Part shown: piece by piece, positions 1 through 10,060 of the stretch
How positions within the stretch are numbered: position 1 is the stretch's first letter
How the letters are laid out: the number at the start of each line of letters is the position of its first letter
Source: Gammaproteobacteria bacterium
GTDB lineage: Bacteria > Pseudomonadota > Gammaproteobacteria > GRL18
Direction of reading: 5' to 3'
DNA: 64,000 nt
Assembly (NCBI GenBank): GCA_015231865.1
Contig: JADGAU010000001.1
Location: 44,559 to 108,558, forward strand
Notes under the pieces: generated by a model
The model's input: only the letters and a program-made list of their open reading frames with translations
What the model was told of the DNA's origin: nothing
Database searches by the model: none
Position numbers and translations under genes: made by a program

Positions 1-2147
1 GTAAACGGGACAACCAAAGCAAGCATATTATTTAACTTATAACCAGAAAAAATAAGTACTAAAATTATAAGAAACAAGCCAATAAAAAACCAATAAAAAG
101 CCTGTTGTCTATAATCTGCTATCATTTCTTGAGCATTTAATTTTATGTCTAATAAACGGACATCAGAAGATGTATCCTGTTGTGACCATTGATCTTTAAA
201 TTTATCTGAAACCCCCTTTAAAGGAATGATTGCAAGCCAATCATTTGTGACAGTATGTTGTAAATTAAGTTGTTCCTTAGGGCTTAATAATAAGCTATTT
301 AATTGATTACTGATAAAATTTTCCGGCAATTCATTCAAAGACTGTTCACTTGCAAGCATTGGTAATAAATGACTGTTTTCTATTGATTCAATAAAGGGTG
401 CAAACGCATTTTCATTGAGCCCAAGTTTATTTATAACATCAATTATATTTGATGAAAGATTAGAAATATTCTGTAATTCTTGCTGCCTCTTACTTTGCCA
501 TTGTTGACTAGGAAAATAGTTGGCAGCCATATCAAAACCACTAATAAGCTTATCATTGATAAAAGTATTTAATACCGGTTTTAATTGTTCAGATTGTTGT
601 AATACATTTTCCAGTGAATTAGATTTTACAATTAGCGCATATCTTAATTCCGGAATACCGATTGCTTTTCTTAAATTAAAATCCTGTTGTTTTTTTGCTG
701 GAGCGATGGGACTCATGGCCGACAAATCATTTTCCCATAGTGATGCTTGATTAATGATTAATAAACTGCACGATACTAATATAATTAATGTTGTAATAAT
801 TTTAGGGCCTGGCTGGCTCAATAAAAATTGCCATTTAGAAATTTGATTAGTTAACGATTTTACGATTTGTTCATTTTGATGATTGCCTGGAACTGATGAT
901 ATCAGGCTGGGTAATAAATATCGGGTTAACATTGCTGCTGCAATTAATCCGGTTATTGCAAAAATACCCAATTGCCGCAAGCCTGATAAATCAGAAAATA
1001 ATATTGCTGAAAATCCGATTATTGTGGTTATCAAACCTAGACGCAATTTAGGCCAAATTATTTTTATAGTCTGATTTATATCACTAGTATTTTTTTCATG
1101 GAAATAATAGTGACTATACAAATGAATGGGATAATCAATGGCGACGCCAATAATCGTGATACCAAAAGCAATCGTGATTCCATGAATATAACCATCGATT
1201 AAGTTGACTACTGTTAAACCAGTTAAAGCTGCAAAGGCCAAAGGAAAGCCGATAACAATAAGCACTTTTATAGATCTGAAAACCCACCATAAAAATACCA
1301 TAAGCACAATAAAAGCGGCGGTTGATATATATTTAATTTGCTGGCTAATTATCTGTTTCGAATCAAGTGCGAAGACTGGAGCTCCACTTAAGATATAATC
1401 TAATTTAAAATCATTATTGCCCTCAACACTCTTTATCTGTTGATTATTATTAATTGCCTGGATTTCTGAATGGATTATATGAATGTTTTTTTCCTGTTGC
1501 TTTAAATCATAGCCTGTTGCCTTAGTTTTCAGAAATAGCAAACTCTGCTCATTATTAGCATCAAACCAAACACCATTTTTTTTGGATATTTTTTTGCTAT
1601 TCCATTGTTTTAATAAGGCTAGCCAACGCATTAGTGGATCTGATGAAATAAACTGCTGTTCAGTTGAGCTCAATAGCATTTGCATACTACTTAATAATTG
1701 CTTGAACGATTTTTCCAGAGCAACTTTAGAAAACGTCTCCGCAAGCAAGTTTTCATCATTTAACTGAAATAAATATCGATAGTCAAAAAATGGAGACAGT
1801 TTAAGTTCTGATGTTAATAATTGACCATTTTTCACCTCGGTAAACTCTGACTTTTGACGTAATCGTTGAGCAAGTAATTTATTAACATTGGCCAACAACA
1901 TTTGTGAAATAGATTTATCTTTAATTTCTTTATCGCTTTTATTTTTCAGTACGACAACAATAAATTTACTCGCATCACCTTCTTTCAGTTGATACTGCAT
2001 TATTTGATCTAAAACATTTTTCTGATCTGGCAAAAAAAAGCTGATATCCGAACGAACGATTAATGACTGACTTAAATAAATTACCAGACACAGAAAAATT
2101 GCTGACCAAAAGCCTAATATTTTATATTTTATTACTAATAGAGGCAC
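1..2147 (-). CDS. MMPL/RND-superfamily exporter of the aryl-polyene-type locus; C-terminus cut by window edge (absent from the ORF track because there is no stop in the window)
   Basis: Own minus-strand translation: the frame opens at GTG 2147-2145 (TAGTG, 1-nt overlap with the upstream stop) and stays open to position 1. N-terminal TM ILGFWSAIFLCLVIY; later membrane segments GITIAFGITIIGVAIDYPIHLYSH and LGIFAITGLIAAAMLTRYLLP. Follows a LolA-like gene as in aryl-polyene loci. Confidence 0.75.
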   Translation of the reverse strand, partial: MPLLVIKYKILGFWSAIFLCLVIYLSQSLIVRSDISFFLPDQKNVLDQIMQYQLKEGDASKFIVVVLKNKSDKEIKDKSISQMLLANVNKLLAQRLRQKSEFTEVKNGQLLTSELKLSPFFDYRYLFQLNDENLLAETFSKVALEKSFKQLLSSMQMLLSSTEQQFISSDPLMRWLALLKQWNSKKISKKNGVWFDANNEQSLLFLKTKATGYDLKQQEKNIHIIHSEIQAINNNQQIKSVEGNNDFKLDYILSGAPVFALDSKQIISQQIKYISTAAFIVLMVFLWWVFRSIKVLIVIGFPLAFAALTGLTVVNLIDGYIHGITIAFGITIIGVAIDYPIHLYSHYYFHEKNTSDINQTIKIIWPKLRLGLITTIIGFSAILFSDLSGLRQLGIFAITGLIAAAMLTRYLLPSLISSVPGNHQNEQIVKSLTNQISKWQFLLSQPGPKIITTLIILVSCSLLIINQASLWENDLSAMSPIAPAKKQQDFNLRKAIGIPELRYALIVKSNSLENVLQQSEQLKPVLNTFINDKLISGFDMAANYFPSQQWQSKRQQELQNISNLSSNIIDVINKLGLNENAFAPFIESIENSHLLPMLASEQSLNELPENFISNQLNSLLLSPKEQLNLQHTVTNDWLAIIPLKGVSDKFKDQWSQQDTSSDVRLLDIKLNAQEMIADYRQQAFYWFFIGLFLIILVLIFSGYKLNNMLALVVPF

Positions 2148-2851
2148 TAATTGACCTTGATATCAGGTGCTAAGAATGTATAGCTTATTTTTTCCATCGA
2201 ACTACCCTGAATAATCATAGTTTGAATATGTGGCAATGGTTTTCCATTATGATTAGATTTAAGCTGTTCTGTGTGTTTAATCACAACCTCAACTGTCTGC
2301 TTGTCCTGCTGAATTTGCTCGACAAAAGGATCATGTTTAGCCGTTAATAATAATTTTAACTGTAAATCATTCAGCCTAATTAATTTCATATCATAATATT
2401 CTTCTAATGCTTCTGTCTGACCTGATAGAAGTCCTGACAATAAAGCTTTAAACTGCAACATTTTTGTATCACTATTTAGAGGAATCTGATTTTCTCTTTG
2501 GTATTGCTTTGTCTCACTATTCCAATTGAGTTTAATGATTAACTGTTCGCCTGTTATTTCAAATTGTTGCCTCTCTGAGCCAGATATTGTCTTAATAAAG
2601 GTATCGGGAAAGATATACGTGATTGTTCCTTTATATTTTTTTGCTTCCTTATAAAAAAAAGACTCTCTTTTCTCAAGGTAAGGAATACTAATTTCTTTGA
2701 TCTTTGATAATGGTGAGAAAAGTTGTTTGATATTGGATTGCGGCAATAGTTCTTCTGCCATTAATGAAACGTTAGCCAGTGACAAGCCTAGAGTACTAAC
2801 TATTAAAAAAACCTGAAAATTGTTAAATATTAACTTAAACCGCTTTCTCAT
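2147..2851 (-). CDS. LolA-like outer-membrane lipoprotein carrier-like protein (aryl-polyene locus)
   Basis: The track ORF 2147..2923 is probably over-extended. The internal ATG at 2851 gives a classical signal peptide, MRKRFKLIFNNFQVFLIVSTLGLSLANVSLMA. Function inferred from size and position between acyltransferase and exporter. Confidence 0.55.
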   Translation of the reverse strand: MRKRFKLIFNNFQVFLIVSTLGLSLANVSLMAEELLPQSNIKQLFSPLSKIKEISIPYLEKRESFFYKEAKKYKGTITYIFPDTFIKTISGSERQQFEITGEQLIIKLNWNSETKQYQRENQIPLNSDTKMLQFKALLSGLLSGQTEALEEYYDMKLIRLNDLQLKLLLTAKHDPFVEQIQQDKQTVEVVIKHTEQLKSNHNGKPLPHIQTMIIQGSSMEKISYTFLAPDIKVN

Positions 2852-3803
2852 CAGACCAGAAATCATAAAAATTAAACCAGTTATATGGGTAATCAATACA
2901 GTGTTGTTCAATGGTATTGACATATTGTTGCATTAATTTTTGTATTTGTTCTTCTCTATTATTTCTATGTAACTCAACTTTTTCAGAAAGTAAATGGAAA
3001 TAGATATCATATTTATTAGCTTCTCGATGAAGAGCAAAACAAAGTATAACAGGTGCCTTTAGTAGGTGGGCTACCAACAAAGGACCCGATGGAAAACTGA
3101 TAGATTTACCCATAAATTGACATTCAACTGTGCGATTATCATGCTCTACTCGATCAGCTAGCATCCCAATTACTGTCCCATTTAAGTACGCAGCCTGTAC
3201 CTTTATCATTGAATCAGGCTGTCCAACTTCAATGACCTCATTTTTTAAATCGGGATTTAATTTTTCAAATGCGATATTAATTTTCTGATGGTCATTGTTG
3301 TACATCAAGGCTTTTACTTTAACATTTTCATGTTGTTGCGCCAAAGCTCGTAAGGCATCAAAATTTCCATGGTGAGATCCCAATAAAACAACGCCTTGCT
3401 TACTTTGTATTTGATTTAATAAAATTTCTTCATTATATAAAGTGATATCAAATGCTTTTGATTTCCCGGTTAAAAAATAAACCCGATCTAATAACATATT
3501 TGAGAACGCATAATAATGCCTGAAAATATCGATAATATTTGGACTGCTCTTACCGGCATAAGTAAAGTTTCTCTGCAAATACGCCCTAGAATAACGCCTG
3601 GTTTTTGAACTAATGACAAAATAGAAAACGATTGGATATAAAAATAATCTACCTACACGACGTCCTAAATGTAGAATAATCCAAATAATTAGATTGATCA
3701 TAAAAGAACTGCCACGATCTTCCGTTTCTTTCCATTGCTGCTCTGAACTATTTGTACGTTTTTTTGTGCGTTTTTGTTCCCCTATTTTCATTTTAACTGA
3801 CAA
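2835..3803 (-). CDS. Lysophospholipid/lipid A-type acyltransferase (LpxL/HtrB-like)
   Basis: N-terminal TM, HX4D motif in LLGSHHGNFD, about 320 aa. The start could instead be the ATG at 3791. Confidence 0.75.
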   Translation of the reverse strand: MSVKMKIGEQKRTKKRTNSSEQQWKETEDRGSSFMINLIIWIILHLGRRVGRLFLYPIVFYFVISSKTRRYSRAYLQRNFTYAGKSSPNIIDIFRHYYAFSNMLLDRVYFLTGKSKAFDITLYNEEILLNQIQSKQGVVLLGSHHGNFDALRALAQQHENVKVKALMYNNDHQKINIAFEKLNPDLKNEVIEVGQPDSMIKVQAAYLNGTVIGMLADRVEHDNRTVECQFMGKSISFPSGPLLVAHLLKAPVILCFALHREANKYDIYFHLLSEKVELHRNNREEQIQKLMQQYVNTIEQHCIDYPYNWFNFYDFWSDEKAV

Positions 3804-4104
3804 GAAAAGTGCCCTGGCTAATTATAATGGACGAATTTGATTCAATAACTTTAAAGTTAATTTTTTGATTATTTACTGAGTGATAGGATAGTTGGCAGTT
3901 AGTATCAGGTCTGAGCATATTTTGGAACTTGACCTGCTGATATACCTTGATATCAGACTTCATTTTTTCCATCCAATACCGACTAACCTGATCAAGAATC
4001 ACCACACCAGGAACAACTGGGTTATCTGGAAAATGTCCTTCTAAAGAAGGATGATTTGCAGCTATAGTAAATTCGGTTTGTAATATCATTCTCATCTTCG
4101 ACAT
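3793..4104 (-). CDS. Hotdog-fold (FabZ/ApeI-like) thioester dehydratase
   Basis: HPSLEGHFPDNPVVPGVVILDQ motif, about 100 aa, locus context. Confidence 0.75.
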   Translation of the reverse strand: MSKMRMILQTEFTIAANHPSLEGHFPDNPVVPGVVILDQVSRYWMEKMKSDIKVYQQVKFQNMLRPDTNCQLSYHSVNNQKINFKVIESNSSIIISQGTFLVS

Positions 4105-4119
4105 GTTTTTACCACAAAA

Positions 4120-5547
4120 TTAAGATGAACGACAAATTGATAAGAGTGTTTTTAATTCAGATTTAGGTAGTTTTCCTGTCGCATTTCTAGGCAAATTATC
4201 TATATAATAAATATTTTTTGGCAAAAAAACCGCTTCAATTTTAGTTTTCAAATAGTCTTTTACTTTCCTATTCATTTTCTTTTGATTTGATAAATCATTG
4301 CCTTCCTTAACAACAGCAAATGCAATAAGTCTACTTAAATCACCATTTTTTTCCTCATAATAACAAGCATCACTAAATTGCTCAAATGATTGTAAATGAT
4401 GATTTAAATAAGCCATTGATGTTCTTTTCCCTGCTAAATTAATTATATCTTCCTTTCTCCCTTCTAAGTGAAAATTATGAGCATCTATTAACTTAATATT
4501 ATCATGTAATAAAAATTGCTTAATTGAACGATTTGTCAACACCCTAACATCATTATCCATTGGTTCTAAAGAAATATCCTCTAAGGTCTGCCAGTGTAAA
4601 TCAGCTTGTTTACTATTCCTGTTTCGATAGGCCATACTACCAACTTCTGTACAACCATAAATTTCCAGGATTGATGCCTGGTAAAAATTAGAACACTGCT
4701 TAACTAATGACTTATCAAGAAATGCCGTAGCTGATATAAATTGTTTCAAATGTGGTAAGAGTACCTGGTTACTCACACAGGCTTTTAAGTGTAAGGGGGT
4801 TGTAATGATAGTTATTTGAGTATGATAGTCTCTTAAAGCTGCTAACTCCTGTAAACAATTTGACACATCCTGAGGGAAAAATGGTTTATCAGAATGCATT
4901 AATAAGCCATGTTGAAATGCAAATAATATACTCCACTCAAGACCATACATATGCTGTGCTGGCACAGTAGCCACCAATGCCTGTAAGGTTTTAGTTTTTT
5001 CTGTTTGTCTTGTTGCTTCTAATAATTTATCGGTTAAATAATTAGCCGCTAGCAGATCGCCTAATTGTTTATAATAAGGTTTAGGGAAACCGGTACTTCC
5101 TGATGTAAAAATTATTGCCAGTTCTTTTTTAAGGTCTAAAGATGAATAGTATTTTTGTAATAAAGATTCAGCAATATCATAATTTTTAACTTCAGAATTT
5201 AAGAACTCTATACAATGCTCTGAGATTTTATAAGTAATAAAATCTGCCTCTATATCCTCATCAGATAGTGCTAAAATTGATGTATAGTTATCACTTAAAT
5301 ATTCAAAAATAAATTCAGAGATTGTCGAAGGGAATAAACTTAGATTATTTTGGCGTATTCCCATTAACAAACCAACGACAAAGAAAAACCTTTCTTCATA
5401 TAAATTCAATAAAAATTTATGTTTAGGAATATTTTTAAGCAATGATTCCACTAGCAGTATCAATTCACCAAGCGTAACTAAATTTCCGCGAAAATAAATT
5501 ACCGGTTCATTAACACTGCCATAATTAAATAAATTAATTTTATTCAT
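4120..5547 (-). CDS. AMP-dependent ligase (aryl-acid:ACP ligase candidate, XanA2/ApeH-like)
   Basis: AMP-binding motif IIFTSGSTGFPKP; C-terminal ATGKLPK; adjacent ACP. Confidence 0.8.
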   Translation of the reverse strand: MNKINLFNYGSVNEPVIYFRGNLVTLGELILLVESLLKNIPKHKFLLNLYEERFFFVVGLLMGIRQNNLSLFPSTISEFIFEYLSDNYTSILALSDEDIEADFITYKISEHCIEFLNSEVKNYDIAESLLQKYYSSLDLKKELAIIFTSGSTGFPKPYYKQLGDLLAANYLTDKLLEATRQTEKTKTLQALVATVPAQHMYGLEWSILFAFQHGLLMHSDKPFFPQDVSNCLQELAALRDYHTQITIITTPLHLKACVSNQVLLPHLKQFISATAFLDKSLVKQCSNFYQASILEIYGCTEVGSMAYRNRNSKQADLHWQTLEDISLEPMDNDVRVLTNRSIKQFLLHDNIKLIDAHNFHLEGRKEDIINLAGKRTSMAYLNHHLQSFEQFSDACYYEEKNGDLSRLIAFAVVKEGNDLSNQKKMNRKVKDYLKTKIEAVFLPKNIYYIDNLPRNATGKLPKSELKTLLSICRSS

Positions 5548-5577
5548 GAAATCAACTAAAAATAAATCAATACCTTT

Positions 5578-6189
5578 TTATTGCAATAGCTTACGTTGAT
5601 CGATTGTCATCAATTGTCTAGTAAATTCTATCGGTGATTCCCAACGCTTAAACCAGAATAAACGGAAAACCCATTCTGCAAATAAAAGTGTAAGCAATAA
5701 GAGATAGTTAACAAAATTTGTAAATAAAGACCAAACTTCTAACGATGCCCAAAAAGTCAAAAAAAGAGTATTAACTAATAATAAAGCAATAAAAACTACC
5801 CAAACCCAGGTTAGAATATCAGTATATCGCATTTCTGCTGGCTCGTTTTCTTGCTTTGTCAGTTGATAAAAGCGAGTAATTAATGGTGTTCTATTCGGCA
5901 ATACTGAACGAACAAATGGATACCAGATGATTGATATCATCAATATTGGCGGTAGATAAATGATTGAGTGGTCCAGGTAATACCATGAAAAAACAGCAAT
6001 AGACAATAGTGCTATAAATATCAGTAGTTTAGTTTTTTTTTGCTGACCATCAGCTAAGTCGGGCCGGGCAATTATAAAGTAGAAAAAAGGAAGCAAACAG
6101 GCAACTAAAAAAGGAACATGGTAACTAACACTTAAGTGAACTAATAAAGGATAGAAGAAAAACTGAAAACGAGCAATGAAATCTAACAT
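5578..6189 (-). CDS. Integral membrane protein of the aryl-polyene locus
   Basis: About 6 hydrophobic helices; sits between the ACP and ligase genes as in APE loci. Confidence 0.6.
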   Translation of the reverse strand: MLDFIARFQFFFYPLLVHLSVSYHVPFLVACLLPFFYFIIARPDLADGQQKKTKLLIFIALLSIAVFSWYYLDHSIIYLPPILMISIIWYPFVRSVLPNRTPLITRFYQLTKQENEPAEMRYTDILTWVWVVFIALLLVNTLFLTFWASLEVWSLFTNFVNYLLLLTLLFAEWVFRLFWFKRWESPIEFTRQLMTIDQRKLLQ

Positions 6190-6214
6190 TGCTTTATATC
6201 ATAGACATAACTAA

Positions 6215-6475
6215 TCACTTCGTTTTATTTTCTTCAATATGTTTACTTAGCGAATTTAGAGAACGAAAAATCTCCCTGTTTTTACTATCATCAGAGCGTA
6301 ATTGAAAACCAAAAGTCTGTGTTATTGCCATTGATAGTTCAAGTGCATCAATAGAATCAAGTCCTAATCCTTCTCCGAATAAGTAATCTTCAGGATCAAT
6401 GTCAATAACTTCTATATCTAAATTCAACGTATCAATAATCAATTGTGCTGTTTGTTGTTGTAATTCACTATTCAT
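6215..6475 (-). CDS. Acyl carrier protein
   Basis: 86 aa, acidic; phosphopantetheine site context GLGLDSIDALEL. Confidence 0.85.
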   Translation of the reverse strand: MNSELQQQTAQLIIDTLNLDIEVIDIDPEDYLFGEGLGLDSIDALELSMAITQTFGFQLRSDDSKNREIFRSLNSLSKHIEENKTK

Positions 6476-6588
6476 AATATTGCTTGAGATTAAATTCTAT
6501 TTTCTAATTAAGAGCATAATTTGTTATTATAGCAATAATTTTTACAATCTTTTATCAAATTCTGCTAAAAAATCAAATTTACCTTAAT

Positions 6589-7638
6589 ATGCCCGCAAAA
6601 CTTCCTTTTCAAATTGATTATTTAAGCCCATCTCAGCTAGATAAGTTTAAATTATCTTTAAAAGAAAATCAGCAATCACCGCTGTTGCTGATTGCACATA
6701 AACCCATAGATAATAAAGATTTTGACATTAAGGACTCATCTCTTATTAGGGTTAATTCTGGTCTAAAAACTATTTCTCAAGACAATGTGAGTTGCTATGA
6801 ATTATGGTCTGCCCCAGGAAAGTGGTTATTTAATAAAGAAATGAGTAAAACCCACAGTGAATTTAATTATGCTTACAATGATGAGTTTTTTATTGCCGGC
6901 ATTTCTGTAAATCTTTCCCACAAGCGAACGCTACAAGACCTTAGCCAACTGGTTTATCAAGAAATATTAACGTTAATAAAAAAATATAATAAAACAAATA
7001 TATTAAGAATGTGGAATTATTTCCCGAAAATTAATCAAATCGATAATAATCTGGAACGTTATCAACAGTTTTGTGTTGGTCGTTATTGTGCTTTTGATAA
7101 TATAAGTAACTACCCCGCTGCCAGCGCCGTTGGGAATTTTAGTTCATCATTAGTGGTAACCTTTATCGCATCTAAAAATAAGCCCGTATTTATAGAAAAC
7201 CCTGAACAAATTAGTGCATATGAATACCCCGAAGTTTATTCGCCTAAGAGCCCGTCATTCTCAAGAGCGTGTTTCAATTCAGGAGATAAGGACTCACAAC
7301 TTTTTATTTCCGGAACAGCTAGTATTACTGGTCATCAAAGCCGTTATACCAATGATATTTTAGGGCAAACACGGCTTACTCTGAATAATTTAGATACCCT
7401 AATTAAACATACAAATAGCAGCATTTTAAAAAAAGATAAATTTAAACTATTAATGTCTGATAAAAAAATATCTGACAAAGGCTCTCCTGCTATAAAAGTT
7501 TATGTTAGAAACCCCGAACAACAACCAAAAATAGCCGCCATCCTTGAAAAGTATATACAAAAAGAATCTATTTGTTATTTACAGGCTGATATTTGCCGAC
7601 AGGAACTCGATATAGAAATTGAATTATTTTATCCATGA
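6589..7638 (+). CDS. FkbO/Hyg5/XanB2-type chorismatase (hydroxybenzoate-forming) candidate
   Basis: C-terminal RidA/YjgF-like region with FISGTASITGHQS, typical of this family. Divergent from the ACP/ligase operon, as xanB2 is in xanthomonadin loci. Confidence 0.6.
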   Translation: MPAKLPFQIDYLSPSQLDKFKLSLKENQQSPLLLIAHKPIDNKDFDIKDSSLIRVNSGLKTISQDNVSCYELWSAPGKWLFNKEMSKTHSEFNYAYNDEFFIAGISVNLSHKRTLQDLSQLVYQEILTLIKKYNKTNILRMWNYFPKINQIDNNLERYQQFCVGRYCAFDNISNYPAASAVGNFSSSLVVTFIASKNKPVFIENPEQISAYEYPEVYSPKSPSFSRACFNSGDKDSQLFISGTASITGHQSRYTNDILGQTRLTLNNLDTLIKHTNSSILKKDKFKLLMSDKKISDKGSPAIKVYVRNPEQQPKIAAILEKYIQKESICYLQADICRQELDIEIELFYP

Positions 7639-9176
7639 ACATTTTCTATCGATTTATGACGATACTGTAAGGCTTCACTGATATGCTCATTATTAATTCC
7701 AACTTTCGCATTATACTCTTCATCCAGATCAGCTATCGTCTTAGCTACTCGCAAAATTCTATGAAAGGCTCTGGCCGATAATTTTAGGTTGGAAACCGCT
7801 TTATCAAGTAATTGTTTATTGTTTTCAGATAAGGGACAATATATTTCAAGTTCTTTGTTTGTTAACTGCGAATTTGCCTTGCCGGCACGTTTAATTTGTT
7901 TTTGATGGGCGGATATAACTTTTTGCTGAATAGTTTTTGAACTTTCTGAATAAGTAACAGAATTTGATGGTTTATTTTCCTGTTTTAAATTAAATAACTC
8001 ATCCTTAGGAACACTGGAAAGTTTTATAAACAAATCAATTCTGTCCAATAATGGCCCGGATAATTTACTCTGATAACGTAAAACTTGTTCAGAAGTACAT
8101 CGACAATGGTGCTGGCTATCTCCAAGATAACCACATGGACATGGGTTCATTGCTGCAACCAATTGAAAGTTTGCTGGGTAAGACGTCTGTCTCGCAGCCC
8201 TGGAAATATGAATAACTCCTGACTCCAGTGGTTCCCGTAACACTTCCAGCACATGTCGGCTAAATTCTGGCAATTCATCTAAAAACAGCACACCATTATG
8301 CGCCAAACTGATTTCACCCGGTTTGGGATAACTGCCACCGCCAACCAATGCAACGGCAGAAGCCGTATGATGTGGACTTCTAAAGGGGCGAACTGACCAA
8401 TTATTGACATTCACTTGTTCGCCATTAATTGAACGAATCGATGCTGTCATCATTGCTTGTTGTTCCGTCATTTCAGGCAAAATATCAGGTATTCTTGATG
8501 CCAACATTGTCTTTCCTGATCCGGGTGAGCCACTCATCAAAATGGAATGATTACCTGCAGCGGCTATGGTAAGTGCTCTTTTTGCATGCTGCTGACCTCG
8601 CACATCGGAAAAACATAATGATGTGCTACTGGCAATTACTGCAAACTTTTCTGGCTTTGCAAGTTTTTTCATTCCATTTAAAAAAGCCGTAACTTCCAAT
8701 AAATGTTCTGCATATAGAATATTTAGTCCATGGATTAAGCTTGCTTCCGGCACATTATTTTTAGGAATAATAATGGTTTTTTTTGTGGCTTTTGCCTGAA
8801 CAGCAGCTGCGATAATACCTTTAACAGGTCTTAGTTCACCGCTTAATGCTAATTCCCCATAAAATTCATATTGGTGTAAATCGCATTCTCTAATTTGTTT
8901 AGAAGCACTTAAAATTCCTATAGCAATTGCCAAATCAAAGCGACTGCTTTCTTTAGGTAAATCTGCCGGCGCCAGGTTAATCGTAATTCGACGAATAGGG
9001 AATTCAAATTCGCAATTAGATATTGCACCACGAACACGATCTTTGCTTTCTTTAACGGCTGTTTCAGCCAACCCAACCATGCTTATACAAGGCAACCCAT
9101 TAGCAAGGTGGACTTCAATAAAAACTTCAGCAGCTTCCAGTTCGGCATTACGACTTTTAATGATTGAGAGAGACAT
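7629..9176 (-). CDS. comM: YifB/ComM Mg-chelatase-like AAA+ protein
   Basis: Lon-protease-like N-domain, Walker A GSPGSGKTMLA, Walker B VLFLDELPEF, CPCG zinc motif; 515 aa. Confidence 0.9.
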   Translation of the reverse strand: MSLSIIKSRNAELEAAEVFIEVHLANGLPCISMVGLAETAVKESKDRVRGAISNCEFEFPIRRITINLAPADLPKESSRFDLAIAIGILSASKQIRECDLHQYEFYGELALSGELRPVKGIIAAAVQAKATKKTIIIPKNNVPEASLIHGLNILYAEHLLEVTAFLNGMKKLAKPEKFAVIASSTSLCFSDVRGQQHAKRALTIAAAGNHSILMSGSPGSGKTMLASRIPDILPEMTEQQAMMTASIRSINGEQVNVNNWSVRPFRSPHHTASAVALVGGGSYPKPGEISLAHNGVLFLDELPEFSRHVLEVLREPLESGVIHISRAARQTSYPANFQLVAAMNPCPCGYLGDSQHHCRCTSEQVLRYQSKLSGPLLDRIDLFIKLSSVPKDELFNLKQENKPSNSVTYSESSKTIQQKVISAHQKQIKRAGKANSQLTNKELEIYCPLSENNKQLLDKAVSNLKLSARAFHRILRVAKTIADLDEEYNAKVGINNEHISEALQYRHKSIENVHG

Positions 9177-9319
9177 AACTAATCCTGGTATTTATTAATA
9201 GTGGGATTAGTTTATCTAATGAGAAAAAATAAAGCCGTCAGATAAATCTGATTTTTATATCAGCCTTAAACTACTTTTTTATAAATAATAATGTCTTGTT
9301 AGGGGGCTAGTCTGCAAAT

Positions 9320-9928
9320 TTATAAAGGATAGTAGTTAAAAAACTCTAATTTTGCTTGTTTTTTATTATAGCTGAAGCGACTTATGCTGCCCGGATCGAC
9401 CTGAGCTTGATACCAATTAATAATGGGAGCATTGATACACCAACCTAAACTGGCTCTGATGACACCCGCATGGGCGATAATGAGACATTTTTTACCCGTA
9501 TATTGTTTTAATATTAGCTCAATGCTATGAGAAATCCGATCTTTAAATTGCTGTAATGGCTCAGCCCCCTTTGGCCGGTTTAAAACAGGATTTAAATAAA
9601 AGTCCTGATATTCCTGCAGTCTATTTTCCTTCAACCATTGCCGTGATTTGCCTTCCCAGTCTCCAAAACCCACTTCTTTCAAGTCATCAATAATATGATA
9701 GTCAATGTTTCGTTCCTTTGAGAGATACTGGGCAAAAGATAAACAACGCTGCATCGGTGATGTAATAATAACCTCCCAATCATTAACCAGCTGACTATTG
9801 TTTTTCATTTGCCACCAGCCTTTTTCACTCAAAGGATCATCGACACCATGACCACGATATAATTGACCACCCTCTGGCTGGCCATGACGCATAAAATCTA
9901 GACGAGTTGTTTCTATTTTCATATTCAT
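9320..9928 (-). CDS. Histidine phosphatase family protein (phosphoglycerate mutase / alpha-ribazole phosphatase-like)
   Basis: Catalytic RHG in DFMRHGQPEG and a second His in IIAHAGVIR. Confidence 0.8.
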   Translation of the reverse strand: MNMKIETTRLDFMRHGQPEGGQLYRGHGVDDPLSEKGWWQMKNNSQLVNDWEVIITSPMQRCLSFAQYLSKERNIDYHIIDDLKEVGFGDWEGKSRQWLKENRLQEYQDFYLNPVLNRPKGAEPLQQFKDRISHSIELILKQYTGKKCLIIAHAGVIRASLGWCINAPIINWYQAQVDPGSISRFSYNKKQAKLEFFNYYPL

Positions 9929-10060
9929 TGTAGTCCGTGCTTAACCAATACATTCGATTATAGGAACAATATTAATCTATGTAAAATTGCGGTATTTTAT
10001 ATAATATAACTATTATCTGTTATAAACTATTATCCTCAATAATCAAAATTTGGAATTGAT

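Noticed and set aside
520-1767. Four plus-strand ORFs of 61-76 aa (520..750, 883..1074, 1204..1398, 1582..1767)
   Set aside because: They are antisense shadows of the edge-truncated exporter ORF on the minus strand, which translates into a coherent MMPL-like membrane protein.
2144-2149. Possible in-frame stop read-through fusing the LolA-like protein to the exporter
   Set aside because: On recounting, the exporter GTG (2147-2145) overlaps the TAG (2149-2147) by one nucleotide in a different frame. This is ordinary translational coupling, not read-through.
2852-2923. N-terminal 24 codons of the track ORF 2147..2923, giving an 89-nt overlap with the acyltransferase gene
   Set aside because: The extension is just the alternative frame of the upstream gene. 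The internal ATG at 2851 yields a textbook signal peptide.
9179-9270. Small hairpins (ctaatcc...ggattag; tcagat-aa-atctga plus T run) between the phosphatase gene and comM as terminators
   Set aside because: The stems are 5-7 bp and AT-rich, too weak to call without folding energies.
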